Counted from the first letter of the stretch, positions 49,631-59,963 are shown. The stretch: DNA of 64,000 nucleotides from an uncultured Planctomycetota bacterium (GCA_963737655.1 CAVTTN010000002.1:7232001-7296000); one strand, 5' to 3'. The notes: generated from the letters alone by a model not told the origin. Numbers and translations: made by a program.

Positions 49631-50383
49631 TCACGGACGCAGCTTCAAGTTCTTCGCGTGGAAGGCGATCGCTTCCTGGACGTGCTTGTCCCAGTAGCCC
49701 CATTCGTGAGAACCGGGGAATTCCTGGTAGTCGTGGGCGATGTGCAGGTCGTCCAGGTGCTTGTGGAAGGCGCGATTCTGGTCCAGGAGGAAGTCCTCGG
49801 TCCCGCAGTCGATCCGGAGGGCCGGCAGGAGGCCGTGGTCGATCGTCTTGACGAGCGAGAACGGGTCGTTCGGGCTTCCGGAAGGCTCCTTGCCGAAGAT
49901 CCTGACCCATTCGGGGTTGGATATTCTCTTCCAGAACGCGTCGTGGGTGAAGCCCAGGGCGCCGGAGTGGGAATTCACGCTGGCGAACATGTCGTGATGC
50001 TTGATTCCGACCTTCACGGCGCCGTATCCGCCCATCGAGAGGCCGCCGATGCATCGGCCGGCGCGTTCGGCCTTCACGGGGAAGGTGCGATCGACGAGGC
50101 CGACGACGTCCTTCACCAGGTCGCTCTCGTAGGCGAGCCCTTCGAGGGCGTCGGTGTAGAACCCCCGGCCGCCGTCGGGCATGACGACGCAGAGGGGCAG
50201 GCCCTGGACGTACCGTTCCACGCTCGTCCGCCTCATCCAGATGGTCTGGTCGTCGGAGAGGCCGTGGAGGAGGTAGAAGACCGACCAGGGCTTGGGGATC
50301 GCCGGGTCGTCGGGGAAGACGATGTTGAAGGTGGACGCCTTCCCCAGGCTCCGGCTCAGATAGTTGACCGTCGCGAACGCCAT
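49631..50383 (-). CDS. Alpha/beta-hydrolase esterase family protein
   Basis: YLLHG, GLSMGG, DCGTEDFL, GSHEWGYW. Confidence 0.92.
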   Translation of the reverse strand: MAFATVNYLSRSLGKASTFNIVFPDDPAIPKPWSVFYLLHGLSDDQTIWMRRTSVERYVQGLPLCVVMPDGGRGFYTDALEGLAYESDLVKDVVGLVDRTFPVKAERAGRCIGGLSMGGYGAVKVGIKHHDMFASVNSHSGALGFTHDAFWKRISNPEWVRIFGKEPSGSPNDPFSLVKTIDHGLLPALRIDCGTEDFLLDQNRAFHKHLDDLHIAHDYQEFPGSHEWGYWDKHVQEAIAFHAKNLKLRP

Positions 50384-50405
50384 CGGCCGCCCCTCGGATC
50401 GAGAG

Positions 50406-50738
50406 TTACTTGATCTTGGCCCCGGGGACGCATTCGGGGTCGTCGGGCGTGAGCAGGACGACCTTCTCCCCCGACGTGGCCGCCAGGAGCATCCCGTTGG
50501 AAGTCTCTCCGCGGAGCATGGCCGGCGCGAGGTTGTTGACGACGACGATCAGCTTGCCCACGAGCGCCTCCGGCGGATAGTACGCGCGGATGCCGGCGAC
50601 GATCTGCTTGGTCTCGCCGCCGACGTCGATCTGGAGGAGCAGGAGCTTGTCCGCGTTGGGGTGAGGGCGGGCCTCCAGGACCTTCGCGACCCGCAATTCC
50701 AGCTTGGCGAAGTCTTCGTAGGAGATCGGGTCGGCCAT
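50406..50738 (-). CDS. Stand-alone tRNA-binding OB domain (MetRS C-terminal / Trbp111 / CsaA-like)
   Basis: DFAKLELRVAKV, HPNADKLL, QIVAGI, NLAP...SNGMLLA. Confidence 0.92.
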   Translation of the reverse strand: MADPISYEDFAKLELRVAKVLEARPHPNADKLLLLQIDVGGETKQIVAGIRAYYPPEALVGKLIVVVNNLAPAMLRGETSNGMLLAATSGEKVVLLTPDDPECVPGAKIK

Positions 50739-50961
50739 GATGTTCGGTCGCCTTTTGCGGTGACGAGTCCTCGAGCAAGAGCGGCATCGTAGCGCGCCCG
50801 GAAGGTCGTGTCAAGCGGCGTCTCTGAACGGGCGTCTATCTGCGGAAACGTCCGCGGGAGGGGCGTCTAAAACCGGGGCTCGGCCTGGGTTTTTTCCTGG
50901 CGGGCCCGACGAGGTCACCGCTAGGATCGGGCGAGGGATGGTCCCTTCTCGATGGGGAGAG

Positions 50962-51390
50962 ATGACGATGCCGTGGGACGCCGCCAAGGCCGTGCAGTAC
51001 CTCCAGGACAACGCCGAGCCGCACAGCACGGGGCATTGTGCGCAGTATGTTCGCGAGGCGATCGAGGCGGGGGGCGTCACGCTCCATCGCCACAACTCGG
51101 CGAAGGATTATGGGTCGAGCCTGACGGCCGTGGGGTTCGCGGAGGTCTCCACCGGCACCGGCTATCATCACCGGGCCGGAGACGTGGGGATCGTCCAGCC
51201 GATCCCGGGGCATCCTCACGGCCACATGGCGATGTTCGACGGGACGCACTGGATTTCGGACTTCGTCCAGTTGCACGGGATCTACCCGGGGCAGGGGTAT
51301 CGGACGATCAAGCCGCCCTATGCGATCTATCGTTATCCGGTGGTCTGGACCGGCTCGGACGCGAGCCAGGCGGCCCCGGCGATGGCGTGA
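50962..51390 (+). CDS. CHAP/NlpC-P60 cysteine amidase (Tae3-like)
   Basis: GHCAQYVREAI (Cys), GDV, HGHMAMFDG.HWISDF (His). Confidence 0.8.
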   Translation: MTMPWDAAKAVQYLQDNAEPHSTGHCAQYVREAIEAGGVTLHRHNSAKDYGSSLTAVGFAEVSTGTGYHHRAGDVGIVQPIPGHPHGHMAMFDGTHWISDFVQLHGIYPGQGYRTIKPPYAIYRYPVVWTGSDASQAAPAMA

Positions 51391-51561
51391 GCCGTCGCGG
51401 GGGCCGGTCGCGAGGGTCGGGGCAAGGATGCCTCGGATGACGCCGCGAGGCATCCGACCGAGCCGACGAGGTTGGCCGAAGGATCGCGCGCCGCCGATCT
51501 CCGAGGGATAGGTCGAAGTCGCCCGCAATGCTCCGCTCCGGTCCCGGACCCGGGGTCTTTC

Positions 51562-52221
51562 ATGGATGGAATGCGCCCGATCGCCCGGATGCTCGTTCGA
51601 GGCGCCGCCCTGGGCTGGATGGGGTCGGTCGCGGGCGGTTGTGCCCACGTGAGGCCGTCGCAATCGGGGTTCCTCAGCGATTATTCCGGGCTGATCCGCA
51701 CCGACGCGAGGTTCCACGAGCAGGGGGGGCTGGAACGGAGCCTCGTCGCGCCCTCGGGCTTCGGAGGGCTCGACGGCATCGATTCGTTCTACATCGAGCC
51801 GGTGGCGTGGATGGTGGACGATCGGAAATGGGTCGGCCGGAGCGCCTGGTTCCGCGATCGGGTGGTCTCGGCCTTCGAGGAGGAGCTGCGCGACCAGCTC
51901 GGGACGCTCCGCCCGATCGTTTCCGAGCCGGGCCCGAGGACGGCGACGGTCCGCTCGGCGGTCACCAACGCGGTCCGCACCCGCCCGTTGTTCAACGCGG
52001 GGATGGCCGCGTACCTGATCCAGCCGATGTTCAACGGCGGGGGCGCCTTCGAGGTCGAGGCGATCGCGCCCGACGGCTCGCAGGTGGCGGCCGTCTCGAC
52101 CTCCTCGACCGGAGGCCCGTTCGAGCTGGCCAGCTACTTCGTCCTGAGCGTCCAGGCCGCCGACTCCGCCCGCCGGGCCGCCGCCGACCTCCGCGCCGCC
52201 CTGGCAATCGCGGGGCCGTAG
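51562..52221 (+). CDS. DUF3313-like lipoprotein
   Basis: AGGC lipobox, SGFLSDYS, VSEPGPRTATVRSAVT. Confidence 0.75.
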   Translation: MDGMRPIARMLVRGAALGWMGSVAGGCAHVRPSQSGFLSDYSGLIRTDARFHEQGGLERSLVAPSGFGGLDGIDSFYIEPVAWMVDDRKWVGRSAWFRDRVVSAFEEELRDQLGTLRPIVSEPGPRTATVRSAVTNAVRTRPLFNAGMAAYLIQPMFNGGGAFEVEAIAPDGSQVAAVSTSSTGGPFELASYFVLSVQAADSARRAAADLRAALAIAGP

Positions 52222-52331
52222 CCGGCCGCCGCCCACGGACGACCGAGATTGCCCTTGCCCGAAGCGGCGATCGGCCTATGATCTCGCGCGAACGATCGCC
52301 GTTCTCTTTTTCCTTGCCCCGAGGCCCCGGC

Positions 52332-53993
52332 ATGGACGCCGTCCCCGAGTCTTCGCCCGAGTCGTCCCGGCTCTCGGCCCGATCGATGGTCCTGATCGCC
52401 GCGTTCGGGGCGTCGCTGTTTCTCGTCGATTTCGGCCGAGGATGGGTGCTGACCTACCACGAGGCCTTCTTCGCCGAGCCCGCCCGGGAGATGCTCCGCT
52501 CGGGGGACTGGATCGTCCCGAGGATGGCCGGCGTCCCGTCGTGGCAGAAGCCGCCGCTGACCCACTGGATGATCGCCGCGACGATGGGCCTCTTGCGGAC
52601 CGAGGCGGAATGGGCCGTCCGGTTGCCGACCCTGATTTGCACGATCCTGGCCGCCCTGTTCGTCGCCGCGATGGCGACCCGGTGGCACGGCGAGAGGGTC
52701 GGGCGGGTCGCGGGCTTGATCCAGTTGACTTGCTTTTATGTGCTCTTCCAGGGACGGCTCGCCGAGGCGGACATGCCGTTCTGCGCGGCGGTCACCGGGT
52801 CGATGCTCGGCCTGGCCACCGGGACGATCGGCCGGGATCGCGCGAGCTGGGCCAGCCGCATGGGGTTCTTCCTCGGCGCCGGGGCATCCTTCCTGATCAA
52901 GGGCCCATTCGGCCCGGTCCTGATCGGCGGGGCGGCGTTCGTGTTCGCGTGCGTCGAGAGGCGCCGGGCCGTCTGGCGGTTCCTGTTCGATCCGGTCGGC
53001 CTGACCTTGATGACGATCTGCTGCCTCGTCTGGCCGATCCTGGCCTATCGGGCCGATCCGACGGTCTTGACCGACTGGCGGACTCATAATCTCGACCGTT
53101 TCACGGGCGAATATGACGGCAAGAAACATCCGCTCTTCTACTGGTGGATCATCCCGTCGATCCTCCTGCCCTGGACGCCCGCGGTGATCGGCGGCCTGAT
53201 CGCCGGGTTCCGCGACGAGGGGCGGCCGAGGAGCCTCTGGAGGCTGATGGCCTGCTGGTTCGGCGTGGGGCTGGCGATCATCTCGATGTCGGCGTGGAAG
53301 CACAAGCATTACCCGATCCCCATGCTCCCCCCGGCGTCGATCGTCGCGGCGTATGGGCTGTGCCGGTACGTGGTCGAGGCGAGGAAGACGGGCCGATCCC
53401 CGGCGTTCGTCACGGCCGTCCTGCTCGCGATGGCGGGCGCCGCGGGGATGGCGATCGGGGCGACGAAGGGGCAGTCGGTGACGATGGCCGTCGGCGGGTT
53501 CGGGGTGGTGTCCGGAGTCGGATTGGCCCTGGCCTTCCGGCTCCGAAGGAGCGGCCGGCTCGATGCGGCGCTCGCGGCCCTGTTCGCGGCGACGTGGCTC
53601 GTGATGGTCCTGAACCAGTCGATCGTGATGCCCCGGTTCGACCGCTACCGGGAGCAGGCGGAACTGGCCGGGCGGACCAACGCGAGGCTCGCGCCGGGAG
53701 AGCCGATCTATCTGGTCGAAGTGCCGCAGCCGCAGGTGTTGTTCTACCTCCGCCATCCCTTGAAGCGGTTCGACTCGCAACCCGAATTCGCCCTCGATTG
53801 CCTGATGACCCGGCAGGAATCGCCGGTCCTGGTGATCGGCCCGAAGGCGGCGATCGACGACCTCGAAGCGATCGGGACGGTCGATCGGCTCGACCGCTCG
53901 CCGACGCTCCACCAGCTCACGACGGCCAGGTTCACCCCGGAGCCGGCGAGGATTGCGATGCTATTGCTCGAAGGGGATTCGCTGGTCCGTTAA
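52332..53993 (+). CDS. ArnT/GT83-like glycosyltransferase
   Basis: HEAFFAEPAREM..SGDWIVP, KPPLTHW, EWAVRLP, LIKGP, KHKHY.IP. Confidence 0.92.
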   Translation: MDAVPESSPESSRLSARSMVLIAAFGASLFLVDFGRGWVLTYHEAFFAEPAREMLRSGDWIVPRMAGVPSWQKPPLTHWMIAATMGLLRTEAEWAVRLPTLICTILAALFVAAMATRWHGERVGRVAGLIQLTCFYVLFQGRLAEADMPFCAAVTGSMLGLATGTIGRDRASWASRMGFFLGAGASFLIKGPFGPVLIGGAAFVFACVERRRAVWRFLFDPVGLTLMTICCLVWPILAYRADPTVLTDWRTHNLDRFTGEYDGKKHPLFYWWIIPSILLPWTPAVIGGLIAGFRDEGRPRSLWRLMACWFGVGLAIISMSAWKHKHYPIPMLPPASIVAAYGLCRYVVEARKTGRSPAFVTAVLLAMAGAAGMAIGATKGQSVTMAVGGFGVVSGVGLALAFRLRRSGRLDAALAALFAATWLVMVLNQSIVMPRFDRYREQAELAGRTNARLAPGEPIYLVEVPQPQVLFYLRHPLKRFDSQPEFALDCLMTRQESPVLVIGPKAAIDDLEAIGTVDRLDRSPTLHQLTTARFTPEPARIAMLLLEGDSLVR

Positions 53994-55244
53994 CGACCGG
54001 CCCAATTCGGCGCGGAGCTTCGTGACGCGATCAAGGAGCGTCGAGAACCGGGCATCCCACGAGGCATCGTCGCGGAGGACCGCCGATCGGCCGGTTTCCG
54101 CGAGCCGAGAGGCGAGACCGGGGTCGGTCACGAGGCGATCGAGGGCGTTGGCGAGGGCACCGACGTCGCCGAACGGCACGAGCAGGCCGTTCTCCTCGTG
54201 GCGGACGACCTCGACCACGCCTCCGGCCCTCGCCGCGACCACCGGCTTGCCGTTGGCCCAGGCTTCGAGGTAGACGATCCCGAACGAATCGTTTCGCGAG
54301 GGCATGGCGAAGATGTCCAGGGCCGCGTAGAAGTCCGGGACTTCGGCCGCCGGGATCGGGCCGAGGACCGTCAGCCAATCGCTCGAAGAGGGCGGAAGAG
54401 TCGCGAGGAAGGCATCGAAGGCCGGGGACGGCGCACCGGCCAGCGCGAGGCGAACCGATTCGTTCGCGGGTCTCGCTTCGTTGAGCGTCGCCACGGCGCG
54501 GACCAGGTCGATGGTCCCTTTCTCGGGGTCGAGCGCGCCGAGCTGGCCGATCAACGTCTGATTGGGATCGATGCCCAGGCGATCTCTTAAACGATCGCGA
54601 TCTCCGCCCGTGACCTCGGCCGGCTCGATGGCCATCGGCAAGGTCAGGAGGCGATCGGCGGGGATTCCCCACGATTCGATCGTTCGGGCTTCCAGAGATG
54701 TGGGAGTGACGATCAGATCGGCCCGGGAGAGCAGGCGCATTTGATGGGGGCGGGTATAGCTGCGATGCACCCGATCGCCCGGTGAGGAGAGGTGGAGGAA
54801 GGGCGTGAGGATCAACGGGGCCTTCGCCGCTCGGGCGGTCTTCAGGGCGCCGAGGGAGAAGATCGTGAAGGGAAAACCGACGCCGAACACCGCGTCGAAG
54901 TCGCCTCGGACGTGCTCGATCGCCGGGAGGACGGGCATGAACGACTCCCACCGGCATTGCGTGGGCCAGTGGGGGACGTAGCTCAGCAACCGGCCGACGT
55001 ATCGCTGGAACGGGAAGTGTTTGACCGCGAATCGATGGACCGTCGCGCCATCGACTGCGGATTCCGCGGGGGCCTCGACCTTGCGGGCCTTCGGGTTGGC
55101 GAAATGGCGGAGGTCGTGGGCGTTCGCGGTGAAGACGTCGGCCGAATGTCCGCTAGCCACGAACCGGCGGACCATCGCGCGGGCGAAGGTCTCGGCCCCT
55201 CCGATGCAGGGCGCGTAACGATGGATGAACAGAGCGATTTTCAT
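53961..55244 (-). CDS. GT4 family glycosyltransferase
   Basis: GGAE N-terminal motif; PSRNDSFGIVYLEAWANGKPVV. Confidence 0.92.
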   Translation of the reverse strand: MKIALFIHRYAPCIGGAETFARAMVRRFVASGHSADVFTANAHDLRHFANPKARKVEAPAESAVDGATVHRFAVKHFPFQRYVGRLLSYVPHWPTQCRWESFMPVLPAIEHVRGDFDAVFGVGFPFTIFSLGALKTARAAKAPLILTPFLHLSSPGDRVHRSYTRPHQMRLLSRADLIVTPTSLEARTIESWGIPADRLLTLPMAIEPAEVTGGDRDRLRDRLGIDPNQTLIGQLGALDPEKGTIDLVRAVATLNEARPANESVRLALAGAPSPAFDAFLATLPPSSSDWLTVLGPIPAAEVPDFYAALDIFAMPSRNDSFGIVYLEAWANGKPVVAARAGGVVEVVRHEENGLLVPFGDVGALANALDRLVTDPGLASRLAETGRSAVLRDDASWDARFSTLLDRVTKLRAELGRSLTDQRIPFEQ

Positions 55245-55300
55245 GAACATGTAGGGTGCATGAAATGCACCAAGCCCCGGCGGGTGAAGCCCGCGACCAT

Positions 55301-56419
55301 TTATCGCCCTTTCCACGTCACTTTCACAAACCTCGGCCAGTAGAGCCGGGCGTCGTTCAGGACGTGGGCGAAGTCGAACGAGTTGGTGGCGTAGGTGATC
55401 AGCAGTTCGTCGCCGGAGGATTCCTCGGGGTGGGCCTTCGCGGCGTAGCAGAACGCCTTGCGGTCGGTCTTGGCCTCGGGGCAGCGATAGAGGGTCGTCG
55501 GTTCGGACCAGGGGCCGACCGGGCTCGGGGCGACCCGGGCGACGATCTCGTCGGAGAGGCCGAATTTGGTGTAGACCGTCACGAATTGATCGCGGCCGGG
55601 GAGGCGGGAGACCGAGGACTCGTTGGCCATCCGGTCGGCGAGGGGCCCGGCCCGATGGAAATCCTCGACCCACGAGCCTTCGCGGAAGAACCGCCAGGAG
55701 GGGAAGTCGGCCACGGCGTCGGCCTTCACCTTCGCGACGATCATCCTCTTGTTCGGCAGCCGCTCGACGCCCCTTTCCTCGTCGATCCCATAAATGTACA
55801 GGTCTTCGCCTTCGAGGAGCGTGGCGGCGCCGAAGCAGACGATTTTCTTCTCGGACGCCTCGAAGAACGGCAGTTTTTTCTGCTCGAACCGCCATTCCAA
55901 AGGGTCGTCGGCCGGGTTGGGGACGGTGGCCAGCCAGGTTCCGACCTGGCGAAATCCGAACGCGCCGTCGCCGGCCCCCTCGATCTGGGCGAGGAGGAGG
56001 TGGAGCTTGCCTCGGGCGAACGTCGCGGCCTGGGGCCAGTACCAACCCTTGCCGTCGTCGGGCGTGAGGAGGGATCGCGGCTTGCCGTCGGCCCCTCGGC
56101 GGACGACGAACCGGACCTTGGCCGCCTCGCCGTGGCCGTCCTGGATCGCCACGGCGCTGTTGACCATCACCGCGTCGATCCGTTTGCCGTCGCGGACCTT
56201 GCCGACGAACGAATCGTCGAACAGCCAGACGGTGCGATCGGGCGAGATCGGCACGGAGTAGGCGGCGTCGCCGCCGATCCAGCCGTCGGTGGCCCGGAAC
56301 TTCGCGTCCCAGTCGGCGGCCGAATGGGCGTCGATCGGCCCGGGGAGGGGATCGACGGGCTTCGGGGCCTGGGCCAGGAGCGCCAGCCCGAGGATTGCCG
56401 CGACGGGGTATCCCATCAT
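55301..56419 (-). CDS. Secreted DUF4185/DUF5005-like beta-propeller protein
   Basis: Signal peptide; GWIGGDAAYS, WLFDDSF, GPWS, YAAKAHP, YWPRF. Confidence 0.75.
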   Translation of the reverse strand: MMGYPVAAILGLALLAQAPKPVDPLPGPIDAHSAADWDAKFRATDGWIGGDAAYSVPISPDRTVWLFDDSFVGKVRDGKRIDAVMVNSAVAIQDGHGEAAKVRFVVRRGADGKPRSLLTPDDGKGWYWPQAATFARGKLHLLLAQIEGAGDGAFGFRQVGTWLATVPNPADDPLEWRFEQKKLPFFEASEKKIVCFGAATLLEGEDLYIYGIDEERGVERLPNKRMIVAKVKADAVADFPSWRFFREGSWVEDFHRAGPLADRMANESSVSRLPGRDQFVTVYTKFGLSDEIVARVAPSPVGPWSEPTTLYRCPEAKTDRKAFCYAAKAHPEESSGDELLITYATNSFDFAHVLNDARLYWPRFVKVTWKGR

Positions 56420-56730
56420 GACAACGGGGCCCGGTACGGGGCGAAGACGGGCATCGGCTCGTCGCCATTGGTGAGCGGGAATTTCCGCAGGGATTCGGCG
56501 CGGCGGACGATCATTTCGATCTCGGCGCGGACGGCCTTCTTCCCGGCCTCGTCGAGCGACGTCCCATACCTTGCGAGGATGAGATCCATCCTCGCGTCGG
56601 CCTCGGTCCGGGGCTTCGGGGCGTCGTCCTTCGGCGGCTCCTGGCCTCGGGCGGAGAGCGGCAGGGCGGCGGAGGCGCCTCCAAGAGCCAGGGCGCGGAC
56701 GAAGTCGCGGCGGCGGGTCGATTCGGGCAT
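56416..56730 (-). CDS. Small Tat-signal protein with a GatC/AtzG-like C-terminus
   Basis: TRRRDFVR Tat motif; ends LRKFPLTNGDEPMPVFAP. Confidence 0.75.
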   Translation of the reverse strand: MPESTRRRDFVRALALGGASAALPLSARGQEPPKDDAPKPRTEADARMDLILARYGTSLDEAGKKAVRAEIEMIVRRAESLRKFPLTNGDEPMPVFAPYRAPLS

Positions 56731-56744
56731 CGCGGCCAGTCTCC

Positions 56745-58262
56745 TCAGATCACTCGTTCACCGTACGAATGGGATCGCCATCGGAAGAAAAGATAGGCGG
56801 GCAGACCCGCGACGATGATCCCCAGCCCGGCCAGGGACTCGACGAACGAATCCTTCAGCATGTTCCCGATCAGGTACAGGGACGCCGCCACGTACAGCAA
56901 CGGGGTGACCGGGTAGCCCCACGTCCGGTAGGGGCGCTTCAGTTCGGGCCGTTTCCATCTCAGGATGAACACGCTGGCAATCGCCAGGGTGTAGAAGACC
57001 GTCCCGCCGAAGATCACGTAGGTGTAGAGGACATCATAAATCGGCTTCTCGTGGAACGCGACCCACGCCCCGTGGATGAATCCTGGCAATTGCCCCTCCG
57101 CCGGGGGTCTTGCGAGTTGGAACACCGTGGCCAGGACCATCAGGGCGATCGACCACACGGCCTGGACGATGATGGCGTTGGCCGGGGTCCGGAACCTCGG
57201 ATGGACTCTTCCCAGGGCCGGAGGCAAGAGGCCGTCGCGGGCCATCGCGAAATAGGCCCTCGGGCCGCTCAGCGCGTTGCCGTTCAGGGAGATCAGCGTC
57301 GAGCAGACGACCACCAGGGCGATGGCCAGGGCGCCACGATCCCCGAGCAGGGTCTTGCAGAAGACGGCGGCGACCTCCCGGCCCGACCCCTTCGAGGCGC
57401 TCGCCCCGGAGGCGATCGTCTCCATCGGCAGGACCATGTGGTAGACGATCGTCATGCCGAGATAGACGGCGATCAGGATCGCCATCCCGCCCAGGAGGGC
57501 CCGGGGGATCGTCCGGCCCGGGTCGCGCACTTCCTCGGCCATGCTCGCGGCGTTCACCCAGCCGTCGTAGGTCCACAAGACGGCCACCATCGCCACCATG
57601 AACCCGCCGATCGCCTTGCCGTTCACGGCGGAGGGCCACATGGGGGAGAGGTTCGCGACGTGGGCCTTGCCCATCGCGAACGGGACGATCATCATCGCCC
57701 CCAGGGCCCCGAGCTTCAGGACGGTCCCGACGATCTGGACCGAGCCGCTCGCGTGAGTCCCCAGGACGTTGACGACCGCCACGGCCGCCATCGCCAGGAC
57801 GGCCAGGACCGTCAGCCAGATCCGGTGGTCGAGGCCGTTCGGGCCCGGGAAGAGCTGCTGCTGGGCCGCGTAGATCGCGAACGCCGAGGCGAGCGTGGCC
57901 ACCGACCCGGCGCGGATCACCAGGAGCTCGGCCCAGCCGAAGAGGAAGGCGGGGATCTCGCCGAACGCCTCGCGGAGATAGACGTACGGCCCGCCGGCCT
58001 TCGGCAGCATCGCGCCGAGCTCGGCCAGGGTGAGGGCCCCGGCCAGGCTGAACAGGCCGCCGACGACCCAGAGCGTCACGATTCCCGCCATGTCCGGCAC
58101 GTTCGTGGCCACCCAGGCCGGGACGAGGAAGATCCCCGAGCCGATCACCGAGCCGACGACCACGCAGAGCGCGGCCGTCGGGCCGAGCGTCTTGGGCAAT
58201 TCCTCCTTCGAGGGGCCAACCTTGTCGGTCGCGAGTTCGGGGGCGTCCTCGGCGAGGCTCAC
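56745..58262 (-). CDS. APC family amino acid permease
   Basis: VGSVIGSGIF, AELG.M.P.AGG.YVY, YDGW, PYRTWGYP. Confidence 0.95.
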   Translation of the reverse strand: MSLAEDAPELATDKVGPSKEELPKTLGPTAALCVVVGSVIGSGIFLVPAWVATNVPDMAGIVTLWVVGGLFSLAGALTLAELGAMLPKAGGPYVYLREAFGEIPAFLFGWAELLVIRAGSVATLASAFAIYAAQQQLFPGPNGLDHRIWLTVLAVLAMAAVAVVNVLGTHASGSVQIVGTVLKLGALGAMMIVPFAMGKAHVANLSPMWPSAVNGKAIGGFMVAMVAVLWTYDGWVNAASMAEEVRDPGRTIPRALLGGMAILIAVYLGMTIVYHMVLPMETIASGASASKGSGREVAAVFCKTLLGDRGALAIALVVVCSTLISLNGNALSGPRAYFAMARDGLLPPALGRVHPRFRTPANAIIVQAVWSIALMVLATVFQLARPPAEGQLPGFIHGAWVAFHEKPIYDVLYTYVIFGGTVFYTLAIASVFILRWKRPELKRPYRTWGYPVTPLLYVAASLYLIGNMLKDSFVESLAGLGIIVAGLPAYLFFRWRSHSYGERVI

Positions 58263-58675
58263 GGGCGCTCCCTTCGCTTCGGGTTCGTCTCGAATCGCCT
58301 AGTTTGCCCAGCCCGTCGGCTCGACGTGGCGGAGGAGCCTCGATCGGCGGACGAGGCCGGATCGATACTTGACAGGAGGGCGGTTCCGGACGCAAACTCT
58401 CCCATGCGGGACGAGCGGAAACGTCGCGAGGTCGCGCGACCCGCCCGAGCCAGCAGGATACGCCGGCCCGCCCGGCGAATCCAGCCCCTTCAGCAAGTCC
58501 GGTCTCCCGATCGAGCATCGGTCCCGCCGGTCCCCGCTCCCACCCGGGGTGAGGCCGTCCCGGGGCCCCCGGAAGTCGCCACCGCTCACATCTTCTGTGG
58601 ATCGGCTCCATTCGCGAGGGTCCCCCCGGCGAAGGCCCCGGATGGGCGGATGCCGGAGGGACACGGAGGCTAGTC

Positions 58676-59197
58676 ATGGGTCTGAATTGCAAGGTCGGAG
58701 GGGCGAAATCGATGTTCGAGGGGGGCTTCGCCACCGAGGTGGCGAGCGTCCTGGACCAGGCCTTTGGCGCCGAGGGGGACTGGGAGGGGAGCGATTCCCG
58801 CCCGTTCGGCGAGATGGCCGGCACTACCTGGGCCGACTTCCAGCAACTCGCCGCCGACGAGCTCGGCGCCGAGGAGATCCCCAACCTCCTCGCCCTGGGC
58901 GCCGGGGCCCGAGGGGTGTATCTCCCGGCGAACGTCCGCGCCGTGACCCTCCCGCTCTCGGCCGGGAATCTCCGGTGCGCCAGCCTCCCGGGGCTCCGCC
59001 GGGAACTGGCCGAGCTCGCCGACCGCTGGGAACTCCCCCTGGATGACGCGGCGTTGGAAGCGATCCTCGAAGTCCACCAGGACCCCGACGACGGCTGGGT
59101 CGCCGACGCCCCGGAGGTCCACACCTTCGCCCGCCTCGCCCTGGCCGCCAACGAGGCCGTCCGCCGCGATTGCCCGTTGTGGCTCGTGGGCGAGTAA
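58676..59197 (+). CDS. Acidic hypothetical protein
   Basis: 173-aa ORF with GC3-rich codons, preceded by GGAGG. Confidence 0.75.
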   Translation: MGLNCKVGGAKSMFEGGFATEVASVLDQAFGAEGDWEGSDSRPFGEMAGTTWADFQQLAADELGAEEIPNLLALGAGARGVYLPANVRAVTLPLSAGNLRCASLPGLRRELAELADRWELPLDDAALEAILEVHQDPDDGWVADAPEVHTFARLALAANEAVRRDCPLWLVGE

Positions 59198-59219
59198 GAA
59201 AGTCTGGGACGCGAAACTC

Positions 59220-59317
59220 ACCACAGAGGCACGAAGGGCACGAGGGCAGGCACAAAGAGGCCAGGGGGTGTCCCCTCTTCTTTGTGTCTGCCTTCGTGCC
59301 CTTCGTGCCTCTGTGGT
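59220..59317. repeat. REP-like long inverted repeat (39-bp arms)
   Basis: ACCACAGAGGCACGAAGGGCACGAGGGCAGGCACAAAGA vs 59279-59317; two mismatches, both G-U compatible. Confidence 0.85.
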
Positions 59318-59426
59318 AAATCCCGCTCACCTTCCCAAAAAACCATCCTCGCGGCCTAAGAATCGGCCCTCCCGAGCGTGATCGGGATGGGCGAGGCCGG
59401 TCCGACGTTCCGTGACGGGAGGCGGG

Positions 59427-59963
59427 ATGAAGGGCGACGCGAATTCCGAGGCGAGGGAGTGGGTCCGCGCGGCGGTCTCTCGGTTCGAGGGGCCGTTGAC
59501 GCTCTACGCCGCCCGCCTCCTGGGTGACGCCGACCGGGCCCGCGACGTGGTCCAGGATGCGTTCGTGAAGCTCTGCCGCCAGGACCGGGCCGAGATCGAG
59601 CCTCGCCTGGCGGAATGGCTCTTCACGGTCTGCCGCAATCGTGCCCTGGACGTCCTCAGGAAGGAGGGGCGGATGACCCGATTGAGCGACGAGCATGCCC
59701 AGGTCCGCGAAGGGCACGAGCCCGACCCGGCCGACGTGCTGGAAACCCGAGAGACGGCGGCCCTCGTGATGAAGGAGCTGGACGGACTGCCGCCCAGCCA
59801 GCGCGAGGTGATCCGCCTGAAGTTCCAGAACGGCTTCTCCTACCGGGAGATCAGCCGGATCAGCGGCCACAGCGTCTCCAACGTCGGGTTCCTGATCCAC
59901 ACCGGGCTCAAAACCATCCGCCGCAGGCTGGCCGACGCCCAGCCGGCCGGGCTCCGGGTCTAA
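59427..59963 (+). CDS. ECF sigma-70 factor
   Basis: ARDVVQDAF, WLFTVCRNRALD, LPPSQREVIRL...SYREI. Confidence 0.93.
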   Translation: MKGDANSEAREWVRAAVSRFEGPLTLYAARLLGDADRARDVVQDAFVKLCRQDRAEIEPRLAEWLFTVCRNRALDVLRKEGRMTRLSDEHAQVREGHEPDPADVLETRETAALVMKELDGLPPSQREVIRLKFQNGFSYREISRISGHSVSNVGFLIHTGLKTIRRRLADAQPAGLRV

